NCBI GenBank assembly: GCA_963713975.1
Contig: OY970218.1
Location: forward strand, 640,001 to 704,000
From: an uncultured Chloroflexia bacterium
GTDB taxonomy: Bacteria; Chloroflexota; Limnocylindria; Limnocylindrales; CSP1-4
DNA: 64,000 nucleotides
Direction: 5' to 3'
Both the position numbers and the translations under genes were made by a program. This document shows, in pieces, positions 1 through 9,751 of the stretch (position 1 is the first letter of the stretch; the number at the start of each line of letters is the position of its first letter). A model generated the notes under the pieces. The model saw only the letters and a program-made list of their open reading frames with translations. It was not told the origin of the DNA and made no database searches.

Positions 1-267
1 CCGGCGGCCATGCCCAGCTTCACGGCCGGGCTCAAGAACGGCTGGGCCTTCGCCTGGAGGAGCTTGATGGCCGGCGAGCTGATCGTCGTGATCGCCTACC
101 AGGCGTCGCTCGGCCAGTTGCTCCAGGTGAACCGTGAGCTCTCGGACGCGGCCGGGCTGCTGGCGACGATGATGGTGATCCTGATCATCGGGATTGTGCT
201 GGACTCGCTGGTCTTCGGGACCTTCGAGCGGCGGATCCGCGAGAAGCGGGGGCTCGTTACGGGCTGA
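1..267 (+). CDS. ABC transporter permease, SsuC/TauC/NrtB type (5' truncated by window)
   Basis: GLKNGWAFAWRSLMAGEL...SLGQLL C-terminal permease motif; hydrophobic helices; stop TGA at 265-267. Confidence 0.85.
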   Translation, partial: PAAMPSFTAGLKNGWAFAWRSLMAGELIVVIAYQASLGQLLQVNRELSDAAGLLATMMVILIIGIVLDSLVFGTFERRIREKRGLVTG

Positions 268-295
268 CGCCCCGTGCCCGATCGCGTTGGCCCGT

Positions 296-754
296 TCAGT
301 GCGGGATCAGGACCTCGGGGTCCTCGAGGAGCTCGCCCACGGCCGGCGGCAGCTCGCCGGCGACCACGTCGGCGATCGAAACACGCTCCAGGACGCGCCG
401 GAGGCCGACGCGGGTTGCCAGCCACACGTCCCGCAGCGCGGTCGCGGAACCCGTGAAGGCGAGCGACTCCGGGCGCATCCCGCGGACGTCGGCGAGCGGG
501 CCCTCGACGGCGCGGATCACGTCGGCGATCGTGATGTCCGAGGCGGGCTTCGCCATCCGGTAGCCGCCGACCTGGCCCCGCAGGGAGCGGACGAAGCCCG
601 CCCGACGCAGGTCGACCAGGATGTTCTCGAGGAAGGAAAGGGGGATCTCCTGCGCCGACGCGATCTGCTCCGCCTTGAGTGGCGCGTTCCCCGTGTGCGC
701 GGCGACCTCGCACAGCGCGCGCACCGCATAGTCGACCTTGGCCGAGATCCTCAC
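296..754 (-). CDS. Rrf2-family transcriptional regulator (CymR-like, no Fe-S Cys triad)
   Basis: VRISAKVDYAVRAL...S.RGQVGGYRMAKPASDITIADVIRAVEGPL; GTG start at 754. Confidence 0.9.
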   Translation of the reverse strand: MRISAKVDYAVRALCEVAAHTGNAPLKAEQIASAQEIPLSFLENILVDLRRAGFVRSLRGQVGGYRMAKPASDITIADVIRAVEGPLADVRGMRPESLAFTGSATALRDVWLATRVGLRRVLERVSIADVVAGELPPAVGELLEDPEVLIPH

Positions 755-821
755 CCGGGCATCGTACGGTGCGGGGCAACCAGCCGGTTGCCCGCCGTGT
801 CGCAGCCGGACACCACGGAGA

Positions 822-1667
822 TCAACCTCCAACCGACCCGGCGGTGATCAGCACGATCGACAAGCCCGTCAGGATGAAGCCGGCGACGTGGCTCCTCGTG
901 ACGCGCTCGCGCAGGACCGTGATCGCGAGCAGCACGGTCACCACCGGGTACAGGGAGGCGAGCACGACCGCGATCGCGAGCGCCCCGACCGCCGTCGCGA
1001 GGATGAATGCCGCGTTGCCGGTCATGTCCAGCAGGCCGATGACCACGAGCTTCGGCATGACCACCCGCGGTACCCGCCACGGCTGGCGCCAGGCAACGAT
1101 CAGGAGACCGATCAGCACCGTCTGCAGCAGCCGGATGATCACGAGCAGCCCGAATGCGCTCGTCCCCGAGAACTGGCCGATGCAGATGTTGAAGCCGCCG
1201 ATGGCGAGGCCTGCCAAGAGTGCGAAACGGATGCCCGACGGGCGGTCCGCACCGTGACCGGGCGCCCGCGTCACGAGCACGACGGCCAGCAGCGCCCCCA
1301 CGATCCCCACGATCGTGACCGGCTGCGGGGTGCCCTCGACCGCGAACCCGAACAGGACCGGGATCGTCGCGCCGAGCACGCCGGTGACGGGTGCCACGAC
1401 GCCCATCCGGCCCTCGGCCAGGCCGCGATAGAGGCTGGTGATACCCACCATGCCGAACACCCCGGCGCCCGCCGCCCAGGCGATGTCAGCCGGCTCCGGG
1501 AACGTCTCGTTGCGCAGGATCGCGATGGCCAGGGCCGCGATCATGCCCACGATCTGGGTCACCCCGACGACGCCGAACAGCGGGGCGCGCCGACTCATCA
1601 GGCCGCCGCCGAAGTCCCCGGATCCCCACGTGAGCGCGGAGGCGAGCCCGAGGGCGACGACCGCCAT
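822..1667 (-). CDS. DMT/EamA-family transporter
   Basis: About 10 TM helices; WGSGDFGGG, LYRGLA.G.MGVVAP and SLYPVVTVLLA..VLRE motifs. Confidence 0.85.
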   Translation of the reverse strand: MAVVALGLASALTWGSGDFGGGLMSRRAPLFGVVGVTQIVGMIAALAIAILRNETFPEPADIAWAAGAGVFGMVGITSLYRGLAEGRMGVVAPVTGVLGATIPVLFGFAVEGTPQPVTIVGIVGALLAVVLVTRAPGHGADRPSGIRFALLAGLAIGGFNICIGQFSGTSAFGLLVIIRLLQTVLIGLLIVAWRQPWRVPRVVMPKLVVIGLLDMTGNAAFILATAVGALAIAVVLASLYPVVTVLLAITVLRERVTRSHVAGFILTGLSIVLITAGSVGG

Positions 1668-1680
1668 CTCGGGGCCAAGC

Positions 1681-3867
1681 TCAGGCAGGCGCGGCCTCCT
1701 CGGCCTCCACGTGGTCATCGGCGGCGGTGGGCCCGTCCAGGGTCACCACGCGGTCCGCGAGCGAGTCGTAGCGGTCCGAGGTCGTGAGGTAGATGACCTG
1801 GAAGTCGGACGCGACCTCGCGCAGGATCGCGAGCGCTCGTGGCGCCCGGTCGTCGTCCAGGGTCACGAACGGGTCGTCCAGGATCAGCGGGGGCCGGCGG
1901 TCCCCGGTGACCAGCCGCACGAGCCCCAGGCGCGCGGCCAGATAGACGACGTCGAGCGTCCCCTGGCTCAGCTCCGTGACCGGCACCCAGTCGCCGCGCT
2001 CGGGCGAGAACACGTCGATGCCCAGGTTGCTGTCGTCAACGCGCACCCGGCGATAACGGCCGTCTGTCACGCGGGCGATGTGCTTGACCATCGTCCGCTC
2101 GAGGTAGCGGGTGGCGCGCTGCATCGTCATCTGCTCCGCCGCGTTGACCTCCTGCAGCGTCCGGGCATAGACCCGGTCGCGACGACGCAGCGCCTCGAGC
2201 CCCTCAGACCAGCCGGCGAGGCGCTCCGCGAGGGCTGCCACGTCCTCCGCATCGACCGGGTTCTGCTCGACCCGTGCCTTGGCTCCGGCCTCCTCGTCCC
2301 GGGCGCGCTCCAGCTGGTGCTCGGCGTCGGTGACCTCGACCTCGAGGCGCTCGCGCGCCCGGGGCTCCTTGGCGATGGGGCCCAGCGCCTCCAGCGCTGC
2401 CGTCTTCTGCTCGATCTCCAGTGCCGCAGCATCGCGCCGCTCGGGAAGGTGGGCCGGCGGCTCGTCGGCCACCAGGCCGCCGAGCCGGGCGCGCCGCTGG
2501 TCGATCTCCGCCACGTGGGTCTCTTCCGCCTGCAGCCGCTCGACGGCCTGGTCGGCCTGTTCCAGGCCGAGGGCCTCGAGCTCCGACGCCCGATCCGCCT
2601 CGGCCAGCTTGAGCTCCTGCTCGATGTCCGAGCGTCCGCGCAGGCGACGGGCAACCTCCACGTCGCGCAGCTCCTGCTCAGTGTGATCGCTGCGGCGGAG
2701 CCACCACCCGGCAATCCCGAACGCGACCCCGGCGATGACGAGCAGGCCCCCGATGATCGGCAGCACCGGCCCCAGCTCCAGGATCCCCGCCGTGTCGAGG
2801 GCGAAGCCGACCAGGGCTACCACCAGGCCGACGACCGCTAGCACGGCCGAGACCTGGGACAGCGGCCGCCATTGAACCTCCGGCTGGACCTCGAAGTTGA
2901 CCTGGACCTCACCCGCGAGCTGGCCGTTCAGGCTGGCGATCCTCGTCTCGAGCCCGCGGATGCGTTCCACGGCGGGCCGCAACACGGCGAGCGGCGTGGG
3001 CGACGGATGGGTGGCCTCGAGCTCCACGATCTCGTCCCGGACGACGACCGCCGCACGGAACCGCTCGTAACGCTCGCTTGCCGCGTCCCGCTCGGACGTC
3101 AGGCGCTCGGCCTGGCGGGCCTTCTCCAACAGAGACCGTCGCTCGCCAAGTGCCCGGTCGGCTTCCGAGCGACGCTCACGCGCCAGCGACATCGCCTCCC
3201 GGTCCTGCTCCAGGCGCTGCAGGGCGGATTCACCGTTGGCCAGGGCGGCGCTCACGTCGGCGACGGCATCCTCGGCGACCTTGACCCGACCGGGGTTCTT
3301 GGCCCCGCTCGCCCGCAGGCCCTGCAGCGCCCGTTCCAGCTGCCGGCGGGCCCGGCTGGTCCCCCGGTCGGCGCCGCTGATCGACGCCTGCAGCCGGTCC
3401 CGGAGTGCGGCCTCGTCACGCTGGAGCCCGGCCAGCTCGTGGTGGCGCACCGAGGCCGTGGACCGGAAGAAGCCCTCCGTCGGAACGCCGGACAGCGTCG
3501 CCAACTGCTCATCCGCGCGGGTGGGATCCGTCGTGGCCTCGCCGTCCAGCTCCAGGTGGACCTGCCCCTTGGCCCCGAGGAAGGCCTTCTCGAGGCGTCC
3601 CTCGTGGATCACGCCGTCCTCGTCATCCCAGGTGAAGTCCATGGCGATGCTGGTCCGCGCGTCGTCGCCGCCGTCCCAGGGAACGAGGGCATCGAGATCT
3701 CCTGCGGCGCTGGTCACCTTCCGCGTGAGGGCGAGCTCGAGGGCGCGCTGGAGCGTGGACTTGCCGGCCTCGTTGGGGCCGCGGACGACCGTCAGGCCCG
3801 GCGCCAGCTCGATGGTGGTGTCGCGGTACCGGCGGAGGTTCCGGATGGTGAGGGTCGAGATCCTCAC
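1681..3867 (-). CDS. SMC/SbcC-like (YhaN-type) ATPase with coiled coil and internal TM hairpin
   Basis: Walker A GPNEAGKST; signature LSQGT; Walker B LILDDPF; long coiled coil; two hydrophobic helices mid-protein. Confidence 0.9.
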   Translation of the reverse strand: MRISTLTIRNLRRYRDTTIELAPGLTVVRGPNEAGKSTLQRALELALTRKVTSAAGDLDALVPWDGGDDARTSIAMDFTWDDEDGVIHEGRLEKAFLGAKGQVHLELDGEATTDPTRADEQLATLSGVPTEGFFRSTASVRHHELAGLQRDEAALRDRLQASISGADRGTSRARRQLERALQGLRASGAKNPGRVKVAEDAVADVSAALANGESALQRLEQDREAMSLARERRSEADRALGERRSLLEKARQAERLTSERDAASERYERFRAAVVVRDEIVELEATHPSPTPLAVLRPAVERIRGLETRIASLNGQLAGEVQVNFEVQPEVQWRPLSQVSAVLAVVGLVVALVGFALDTAGILELGPVLPIIGGLLVIAGVAFGIAGWWLRRSDHTEQELRDVEVARRLRGRSDIEQELKLAEADRASELEALGLEQADQAVERLQAEETHVAEIDQRRARLGGLVADEPPAHLPERRDAAALEIEQKTAALEALGPIAKEPRARERLEVEVTDAEHQLERARDEEAGAKARVEQNPVDAEDVAALAERLAGWSEGLEALRRRDRVYARTLQEVNAAEQMTMQRATRYLERTMVKHIARVTDGRYRRVRVDDSNLGIDVFSPERGDWVPVTELSQGTLDVVYLAARLGLVRLVTGDRRPPLILDDPFVTLDDDRAPRALAILREVASDFQVIYLTTSDRYDSLADRVVTLDGPTAADDHVEAEEAAPA

Positions 3868-5039
3868 AGCGTCACCTCCTGACCGGCCAGCAGCAGCCGG
3901 CCGAGGCGCAGCACGTCCCGCAGCTCATCCGCCTCCCGGGTGGCGGCGGTGCCCGGATCGCGCTCGAGGGTCGCGATCTGCTCCTCCACCGTCCGGATGA
4001 AGGCGCCGGCGATGGTCTCGGGCGGTGGGAGGACGCTATCGGTCAGCGTTGGCTGGCTGTGGTCGCGCACCCGCACCTTGAGGTAGTCGCCATGCAACGC
4101 CGACTCGACCTCCGCGGGGTCGAGATCGAGGTCATCGGGGCGCACGCCGATCAGCCGTACGTCAAGCACGCGGTCCTTGTCCGCGGCGGCCCGAAGACGG
4201 GCGATGAGCGCCGGCTGGGATTCAACGGTCGCGGCGTCGACCTCGACCCGCTCGAACGTGGTTAGGCCGACCACGTGCTCCTTGACATCCACGACCTTGG
4301 TGCCGGCCCGCTGCTCGAGGGTCACGAGCAGGACCTTGCCGGCCTTGTCCTGGTCCAGCGCGACGGGCTCAGGAGCGCCGGCGTACGCATAGGTGACGCC
4401 TCGCGCCTTCGCGACCTGTGCCCCGTGCCAGTGACCGAGGGCGAGGTAGTCAAGGCCGCTGGCAGCGATCTCGTCCTGGGTGATGACGACCTCATCGTGA
4501 TCCGTCCGTCCCGGGATCGCGATCGCGGCATGCACGAGGCCGACACGCCAGGTGGCGTCCGGGGTGTGGACGTCCGCGAGATCGCGGAGCGGGCTGTGGG
4601 GGGCGCGCTTGGTGGCGAACACGGGCCCGTGGACGACGACGTCGCAGGCCCCGATGTGCACCCACGGCCGCTCCGGGGTCAGCACGGTGAGCAGGTCGCC
4701 GCCCGCCGGGGCTCCCGCGAGGGCGGCCAGGTCGTAGGCCCGGTACACGGAGGAGCGGTCGTAGACGTCGTGGGTCCCTGGGATGAGCACGCTGCGGATG
4801 CGCGCCCGGACGAGGCGTTCGAGCTCCGCGGCCACGCGCTCGACGGAACGGCGAGGCTGGACGTTGGAATCGAAGAGGTCACCGGCCACCAGGAACAGGT
4901 CGACCTTCTCCGAGAGCGCGAGATCCACGCTGGCCGAGAACGCGGCGAACTGGCGCTCGCGCTGGGCCGCCGCCGCGTCGCCGAGATCCGCGTGGCGCGC
5001 GCCGAGATGAACGTCAGCGGTGTGCAGGAGCCGGAGCAT
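3864..5039 (-). CDS. Mre11/SbcD-like (YhaO-type) metallophosphoesterase / DNA repair exonuclease
   Basis: HTADVHLG, AGDLFD, PGTHD, YLALGHWH motifs; ATG at 5039; 4-nt overlap with the ATPase. Confidence 0.9.
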   Translation of the reverse strand: MLRLLHTADVHLGARHADLGDAAAAQRERQFAAFSASVDLALSEKVDLFLVAGDLFDSNVQPRRSVERVAAELERLVRARIRSVLIPGTHDVYDRSSVYRAYDLAALAGAPAGGDLLTVLTPERPWVHIGACDVVVHGPVFATKRAPHSPLRDLADVHTPDATWRVGLVHAAIAIPGRTDHDEVVITQDEIAASGLDYLALGHWHGAQVAKARGVTYAYAGAPEPVALDQDKAGKVLLVTLEQRAGTKVVDVKEHVVGLTTFERVEVDAATVESQPALIARLRAAADKDRVLDVRLIGVRPDDLDLDPAEVESALHGDYLKVRVRDHSQPTLTDSVLPPPETIAGAFIRTVEEQIATLERDPGTAATREADELRDVLRLGRLLLAGQEVTL

Positions 5040-5344
5040 GCGGTGGGCTGCCTCCCTGTTCAGGCCGGCGGGCAGACCGACCGGGTCCCGCGAGCAGCCG
5101 CTCCTCGCCCCAGACGGCGTTCCCCGCGAGGGTCGCGCGCGTCGCTCAGGCGGGGCCGGTCGCTCCCGGGACCCGGTTGCGATCCGGGCGCCCCCATCGC
5201 TCCCGTCTCGCCACGCCGAGTCTCGGGGGTCATTGTGACAGGTTGGATGGCACGCCCGATGCACGCGCGGCGCCATGAATCGGCGCCGCGTGTAGGCTGG
5301 GGGAACCGGTCGCCAGCGAACGGGCGCCCGGAGGAGCTGACACA

Positions 5345-5683
5345 GTGACCTACTCGGACCGGATATTGACCTGCGTGGATTGTGGCGTGGAGTTCGTCCA
5401 CTCCGCGGCCGACCAGGAGTTCTACGTGCAGAAGGGGTTCTCGTCCGAGCCCAAGCGCTGCACGTCCTGCCGCGCCTATCGGCGGACTTCGCGCGACGGC
5501 GGCGGCGACACCCACTCGGCTGGGGCGCCGCGTGGCTACGAGCGGACCGACGACCGCTACCCGAGGGAGTACTTCGTCGCGATCTGCAGCTCGTGCGGGA
5601 ACCAGGCGCAGGTCCCGTTCAAGCCCCGCATGGACAAGCCCGTCTACTGCTCGGACTGCTACCGCGAGGTCAAGCCGGGCTGA
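5345..5683 (+). CDS. Zinc-ribbon CxxC-x17-CxxC domain protein
   Basis: CVDCG..F..S..DQEFY..KGF..EPKRC..CR and CSSCG...VPFKP....PVYCSDCY; GGAGGAG RBS. Confidence 0.9.
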   Translation: MTYSDRILTCVDCGVEFVHSAADQEFYVQKGFSSEPKRCTSCRAYRRTSRDGGGDTHSAGAPRGYERTDDRYPREYFVAICSSCGNQAQVPFKPRMDKPVYCSDCYREVKPG

Positions 5684-5727
5684 CGGTCGTCCGCCGGCGC
5701 GCCGGGCCCGGACGGTTCCGCTGGGGC

Positions 5728-6450
5728 TCAGAGACGGAACGCATCCCCAGCTCGGAAGCGCTCGCGGTGGCGACCCCGCCACACGGTGACGCGGCCCGCT
5801 CCGTGCACCTGCCACACGCCGTTCCGGATCACGGCCGCCGTGTCCTCATCGAGGCCCAGCACGATGCCGCCCCGGGGTGCCTGCAGGGCCACGAGTGCCG
5901 CGAGCGGCTCCGGCCACGCATCGTAGTGCGGCAGGACCGCGACCCCATCGACCAGGCCCAACCCAACGGGCCACCGGATCGGGAACGGCAGCGGGATGCG
6001 GATCTTCGGCAGCGTGCGGAAGTCCATCGTCCGGCCGGCGACCGCCATCGCCCCCGCGGAGCAACCGACAACGACCGTCCCGCGAGCGTGTGCCGCGGCA
6101 AGGGCTCCGCCCAGAGGCGACTCGCGGAGCACGCGGAGCAGGTGACGCGGGTGGCCGCCGGAGAGATAGATCAGATCCGCCTCGCCGATCGCCTGGAGCG
6201 ACGCCGCGTCATGGCCGTCGACGACGTTGCGCACGAGGACGGGCTCCACCTCCGCTCCTAGCGCGGTGAAGTGCTCCACTCCCATCTGGGCCCAGGTCCG
6301 AAACGTGGCCTCGCCGTCGGGGGCGGACGCTGTGGGCAGGATGGCGACCCGTGCACGGGGACGTCCGGTCGCCGCGAGCAGGCCGCGGTCGAACTCGGCC
6401 AACGGGGCGAGGAACTCACCAGCGCCAACGAGCGCCACGGGTCCGGGCAT
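5728..6450 (-). CDS. Peptidase S51 / cyanophycinase-like protein
   Basis: ILPTAS, IYLSGG, GCSAGAM nucleophile elbow, LPHYD, GLDEDTA. Confidence 0.85.
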   Translation of the reverse strand: MPGPVALVGAGEFLAPLAEFDRGLLAATGRPRARVAILPTASAPDGEATFRTWAQMGVEHFTALGAEVEPVLVRNVVDGHDAASLQAIGEADLIYLSGGHPRHLLRVLRESPLGGALAAAHARGTVVVGCSAGAMAVAGRTMDFRTLPKIRIPLPFPIRWPVGLGLVDGVAVLPHYDAWPEPLAALVALQAPRGGIVLGLDEDTAAVIRNGVWQVHGAGRVTVWRGRHRERFRAGDAFRL

Positions 6451-6537
6451 CGGCCGCAGCATAGAGCAGGCTCGGCAAGGGGGCTGGACTGGCACCGCCG
6501 GCCCTGCGACACTCCGCCCGCACGCACGGGAGATCCG

Positions 6538-8163
6538 GTGACCTCGTCCCAGCGCTGGACCATGCTCGCCGTCATCGTCGGCTCCGCGATGGTGTTCCTC
6601 GACGGGACCGTGATCAACCTCGCGCTGCCCAGGATCGGCAGGGAGCTGCCATCGTCGATGGTGTCCGTGCTCGAGGGCCAGACCTATGCCGTGTCCGGGT
6701 ACCTCGCGATCATCGCCGCGCTCCTGATCCTCGCCGGCGGCCTCGCCGACTACTACGGCCGACGCCGGATCTTCGGCATCGGGCTGGCCGGCTTCGGCGT
6801 GACGTCGGTCCTGTGTGGCCTGGCTCCCAGCCTCGAGCTGCTCGTTGTCTTCCGGCTCCTCCAGGGTGCGGCCGGGGCCCTCCTCATTCCCGGCTCTCTG
6901 GCGATCATCACCGCCTTGCTCGAAGGTGAGGCGCGGGCGCGTGCCTTCGGCATCTGGGCGGCCGCGACATCGGCGACGACGCTCATCGGGCCGGTGGTGG
7001 GCGGGTTCCTGGTGGACGCGGTGAGCTGGCGCGCCGCGTTCCTCGTCAACGTGCCGCTGGCGGTGATTGCACTGTGGGCCACGATCCGCCACATGCCGGA
7101 GAGTCGTTCCGAGGACGCGAGCGCCCGCTTCGACTGGCTCGGTGCAGGCGTGATCGTCCTCGCGGTGGGCGGCCTGACGTTCGGGGCAATCCGGGGCCAG
7201 GACCGGCAGTGGCAGGACCCGCTTGCCTGGGTGTCGCTGGCGGTGGGCATCGTGGCACTGGTCGCACTCCCCTTCGTGATGGCATACCGTCCGGACCCGC
7301 TGGTCCCGCTGGAGCTCTTCCGGCGACGGCGGTTCGCGACCATCAACCTGTCCACGCTCCTGATCTACGGCGCCCTGTACACGGTTCTCCTGTTCCAGGC
7401 GCTGTTCCTCCAGAGCTCCGTCGGATACTCAGCGACGGCCGCGGGCGTCATCGGCCTCCCGACGGCGATCATGCTCACCCTGCTCTCGACCAGGGTCGGG
7501 ATCCTCGCCGGGCGGTTCGGGGCCCGGCCGTTCCTCGTCGTGGGGCCGGCGCTCATGGCGGTCGGCCTGCTCTGGCTGGCGCGGGTGCCAGCGACGACCC
7601 AACCCTGGATGCTGGCGGCGGGCGACCCGACCAGCTACCTGCCTCCAGCCTCTGCCGTCATCGACATCTTCCCGTCCGTCCTCCTTTTCGGCCTCGGGAT
7701 CTCGCTGGTCGTGGCGCCGCTGACCACGACACTGATGGGCTCCGTACCCGTCTCGAACGCTGGGCTCGCATCGGCGATCAACAACGCGGTCAGCCGGGTT
7801 GGCCAACCACTGCTCGCGGCCCTGATCTTCGTGGTCGTGTCCGGAACCTTCTACGGGACGCTCTCACGTGCGGTGCCGGCCTTCGACGCCGGCGACCCAT
7901 CGCTGCGGGCGCTCGTGCAGCCACTCAACCCACCGGGCGCGGCCGCATCGCCGGAACTGCGGCAGGCGGCACTGGTCGCGTCCGTCGATGCCCTCCACCT
8001 TGCGGCCGCCATCTGCGCGATGCTGCTCCTCGGGGGATCACTGGCGAACTGGATCGGGCTCCGACCGGTGCAGGACGAGGACGGCGACGGAACCGGGGAT
8101 CAGGCGACCAACCCCGGGACGGCACCCGCATCTGGTCCCGTGGCGGAGGTCCGCGGTGGCTGA
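6538..8163 (+). CDS. MFS transporter, DHA2-like
   Basis: FLDGTVINLALPRI, GGLADYYGRRR, RLLQGAAGALLIP; GTG start after GGGAG. Confidence 0.9.
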   Translation: MTSSQRWTMLAVIVGSAMVFLDGTVINLALPRIGRELPSSMVSVLEGQTYAVSGYLAIIAALLILAGGLADYYGRRRIFGIGLAGFGVTSVLCGLAPSLELLVVFRLLQGAAGALLIPGSLAIITALLEGEARARAFGIWAAATSATTLIGPVVGGFLVDAVSWRAAFLVNVPLAVIALWATIRHMPESRSEDASARFDWLGAGVIVLAVGGLTFGAIRGQDRQWQDPLAWVSLAVGIVALVALPFVMAYRPDPLVPLELFRRRRFATINLSTLLIYGALYTVLLFQALFLQSSVGYSATAAGVIGLPTAIMLTLLSTRVGILAGRFGARPFLVVGPALMAVGLLWLARVPATTQPWMLAAGDPTSYLPPASAVIDIFPSVLLFGLGISLVVAPLTTTLMGSVPVSNAGLASAINNAVSRVGQPLLAALIFVVVSGTFYGTLSRAVPAFDAGDPSLRALVQPLNPPGAAASPELRQAALVASVDALHLAAAICAMLLLGGSLANWIGLRPVQDEDGDGTGDQATNPGTAPASGPVAEVRGG

Positions 8164-8914
8164 CCCGATGCCGCCCCGGGATTGGGACGGCGTCACCTAC
8201 GACCGCATCGCCGACCCCATGGCCCGCTGGGGCACGAGCGTCCTGGACCGCCTTCCGCTCACAGGCGACGAGACCGTGCTGGACGCGGGCTGCGGGTCCG
8301 GACGCGTGACCGAACGGCTGCTGGAGCGCCTGCCAGCAGGGCGCGTGGTCGCCGTGGATGGCTCGCCCTCGATGCTGGCCGCGGCGCGGGAGCGGCTTGC
8401 CCCGTTCGGCGATCGGGTCACGTACGTCCTGGCCGACCTCGGTTCACCGCTGCCGCTGACTACCGGATCGGTGGATGCGGTGCTGTCCACCGCGACCTTC
8501 CACTGGGTCGCCGACCATGACGCCCTGTTCGGCGGGCTCGCGGCGGTCCTGCGTCCCGGCGGCCGGCTCGTGGCGCAGTGCGGCGGGTCGGGCAACATCG
8601 CCGGCGTCCGGTCCGCCATCGCCGCAACCGGGGACACGTGGCCGGGCCCGTGGACGTTCGCCACGCCCGAGGAGACGCGCGAGCGACTGGCCGCCGCGGG
8701 CTTCCGGGACATCGAGGCCTGGCTCCACGAGGAGCCCACGCCGCTGGAACCCGGTGAGCCACTACGCGAGTACCTGCGGACGGTCGTGCTCGGGGCGCAC
8801 CTTGACCGCCTGCCGGCTGCCCGGCGCTACGCATTCGCGGAAGCGGTCGCTGCAGGGCTGGCGGAACCGGTGATCGACTACGTCCGCCTCAACGTCCTGG
8901 CGACACGGCGGTAG
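8156..8914 (+). CDS. Class I SAM methyltransferase (Tam-like)
   Basis: WD...YDR, VLDAGCGSG, DAVLSTATFHWV, LRPGG, DYVRLN; start could be ATG at 8168. Confidence 0.85.
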   Translation: MADPMPPRDWDGVTYDRIADPMARWGTSVLDRLPLTGDETVLDAGCGSGRVTERLLERLPAGRVVAVDGSPSMLAAARERLAPFGDRVTYVLADLGSPLPLTTGSVDAVLSTATFHWVADHDALFGGLAAVLRPGGRLVAQCGGSGNIAGVRSAIAATGDTWPGPWTFATPEETRERLAAAGFRDIEAWLHEEPTPLEPGEPLREYLRTVVLGAHLDRLPAARRYAFAEAVAAGLAEPVIDYVRLNVLATRR

Positions 8915-8932
8915 CCCGGAGTCGGCCGCTTC

Positions 8933-9610
8933 TCAACGCGCGAGGCGGTAGCCGACGCCTCGCACCGTCTCGACGTAGTCGCCTCCGTCCGGTCGAGCGC
9001 CGAGCTTGCGCCGCAGGTTCCGCACATGGCTGTCGATCGTGCGGTCGGACTCTCCGTACACACCGCCCAGGATCTGCTCGGCGAGCTGGGTCCGGGAGAG
9101 CACGTGTCCGGGGTGGAGGGCCAGGGCCCGCAGCAGGTCGAACTCCGTGCGGGTGAGGCTCAGGACCGCAGTGCCGCGCCGGACCTCGCGCGCCGCATCG
9201 TCGACCTCGAGGTCGTACGAGCGCAGGGGCTCGGTCTCCCGCTGCGATGGAACGCTCCGTCGGAGCACCGCCCCCACGCGAGCGACAAGCTCTCGCGGCT
9301 CGAACGGCTTGGTCACGTAGTCGTCGGCGCCGAGCTCCAGGCCAGCGACCCGGTCCACGAGATCCACGCGAGCGCTCACGATGATCACCGGCACGTGGAT
9401 GCCCTCACCGCGGAGGGTGCGCAGGACGTCGAACCCGGAACCGCCGCCGAGCATCACGTCCAGGAGCATGAGATCGGGGCGATCCCTGCCGAGCTCGACG
9501 GCGCCGTCGGCCGTCGCGGCGATGTCGACCTCGTGGCCGTCGCGCCGGAGATACGCAGCAATGCCTTCCGCGATCACGCGTTCGTCATCGACGACGGCAA
9601 TCCGTGCCAT
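8933..9610 (-). CDS. OmpR/PhoB-family response regulator
   Basis: VVDDE, LLDVML, GADDYVTKPF, RTIDSHVRNLRRKL, ETVRGVGY. Confidence 0.95.
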   Translation of the reverse strand: MARIAVVDDERVIAEGIAAYLRRDGHEVDIAATADGAVELGRDRPDLMLLDVMLGGGSGFDVLRTLRGEGIHVPVIIVSARVDLVDRVAGLELGADDYVTKPFEPRELVARVGAVLRRSVPSQRETEPLRSYDLEVDDAAREVRRGTAVLSLTRTEFDLLRALALHPGHVLSRTQLAEQILGGVYGESDRTIDSHVRNLRRKLGARPDGGDYVETVRGVGYRLAR

Positions 9611-9751
9611 GCGGTCAAGCCTGCGCCGGTACGGGAGTCTTCGCGATGTCCGGTCGGCCCGTAGTCGGCGCCATCCTGGGCCGGCGCACGACACCGGAGT
9701 CGAGCCCCCACGCTCGACGCCACGTGCGGGGGCGACCCGCCGGCAGCCACA

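Noticed and set aside
3001-3011. Extra CGACGGATGGG copy
   Set aside because: It lies inside a CDS far from the locus and is compatible with chance in high-GC DNA.
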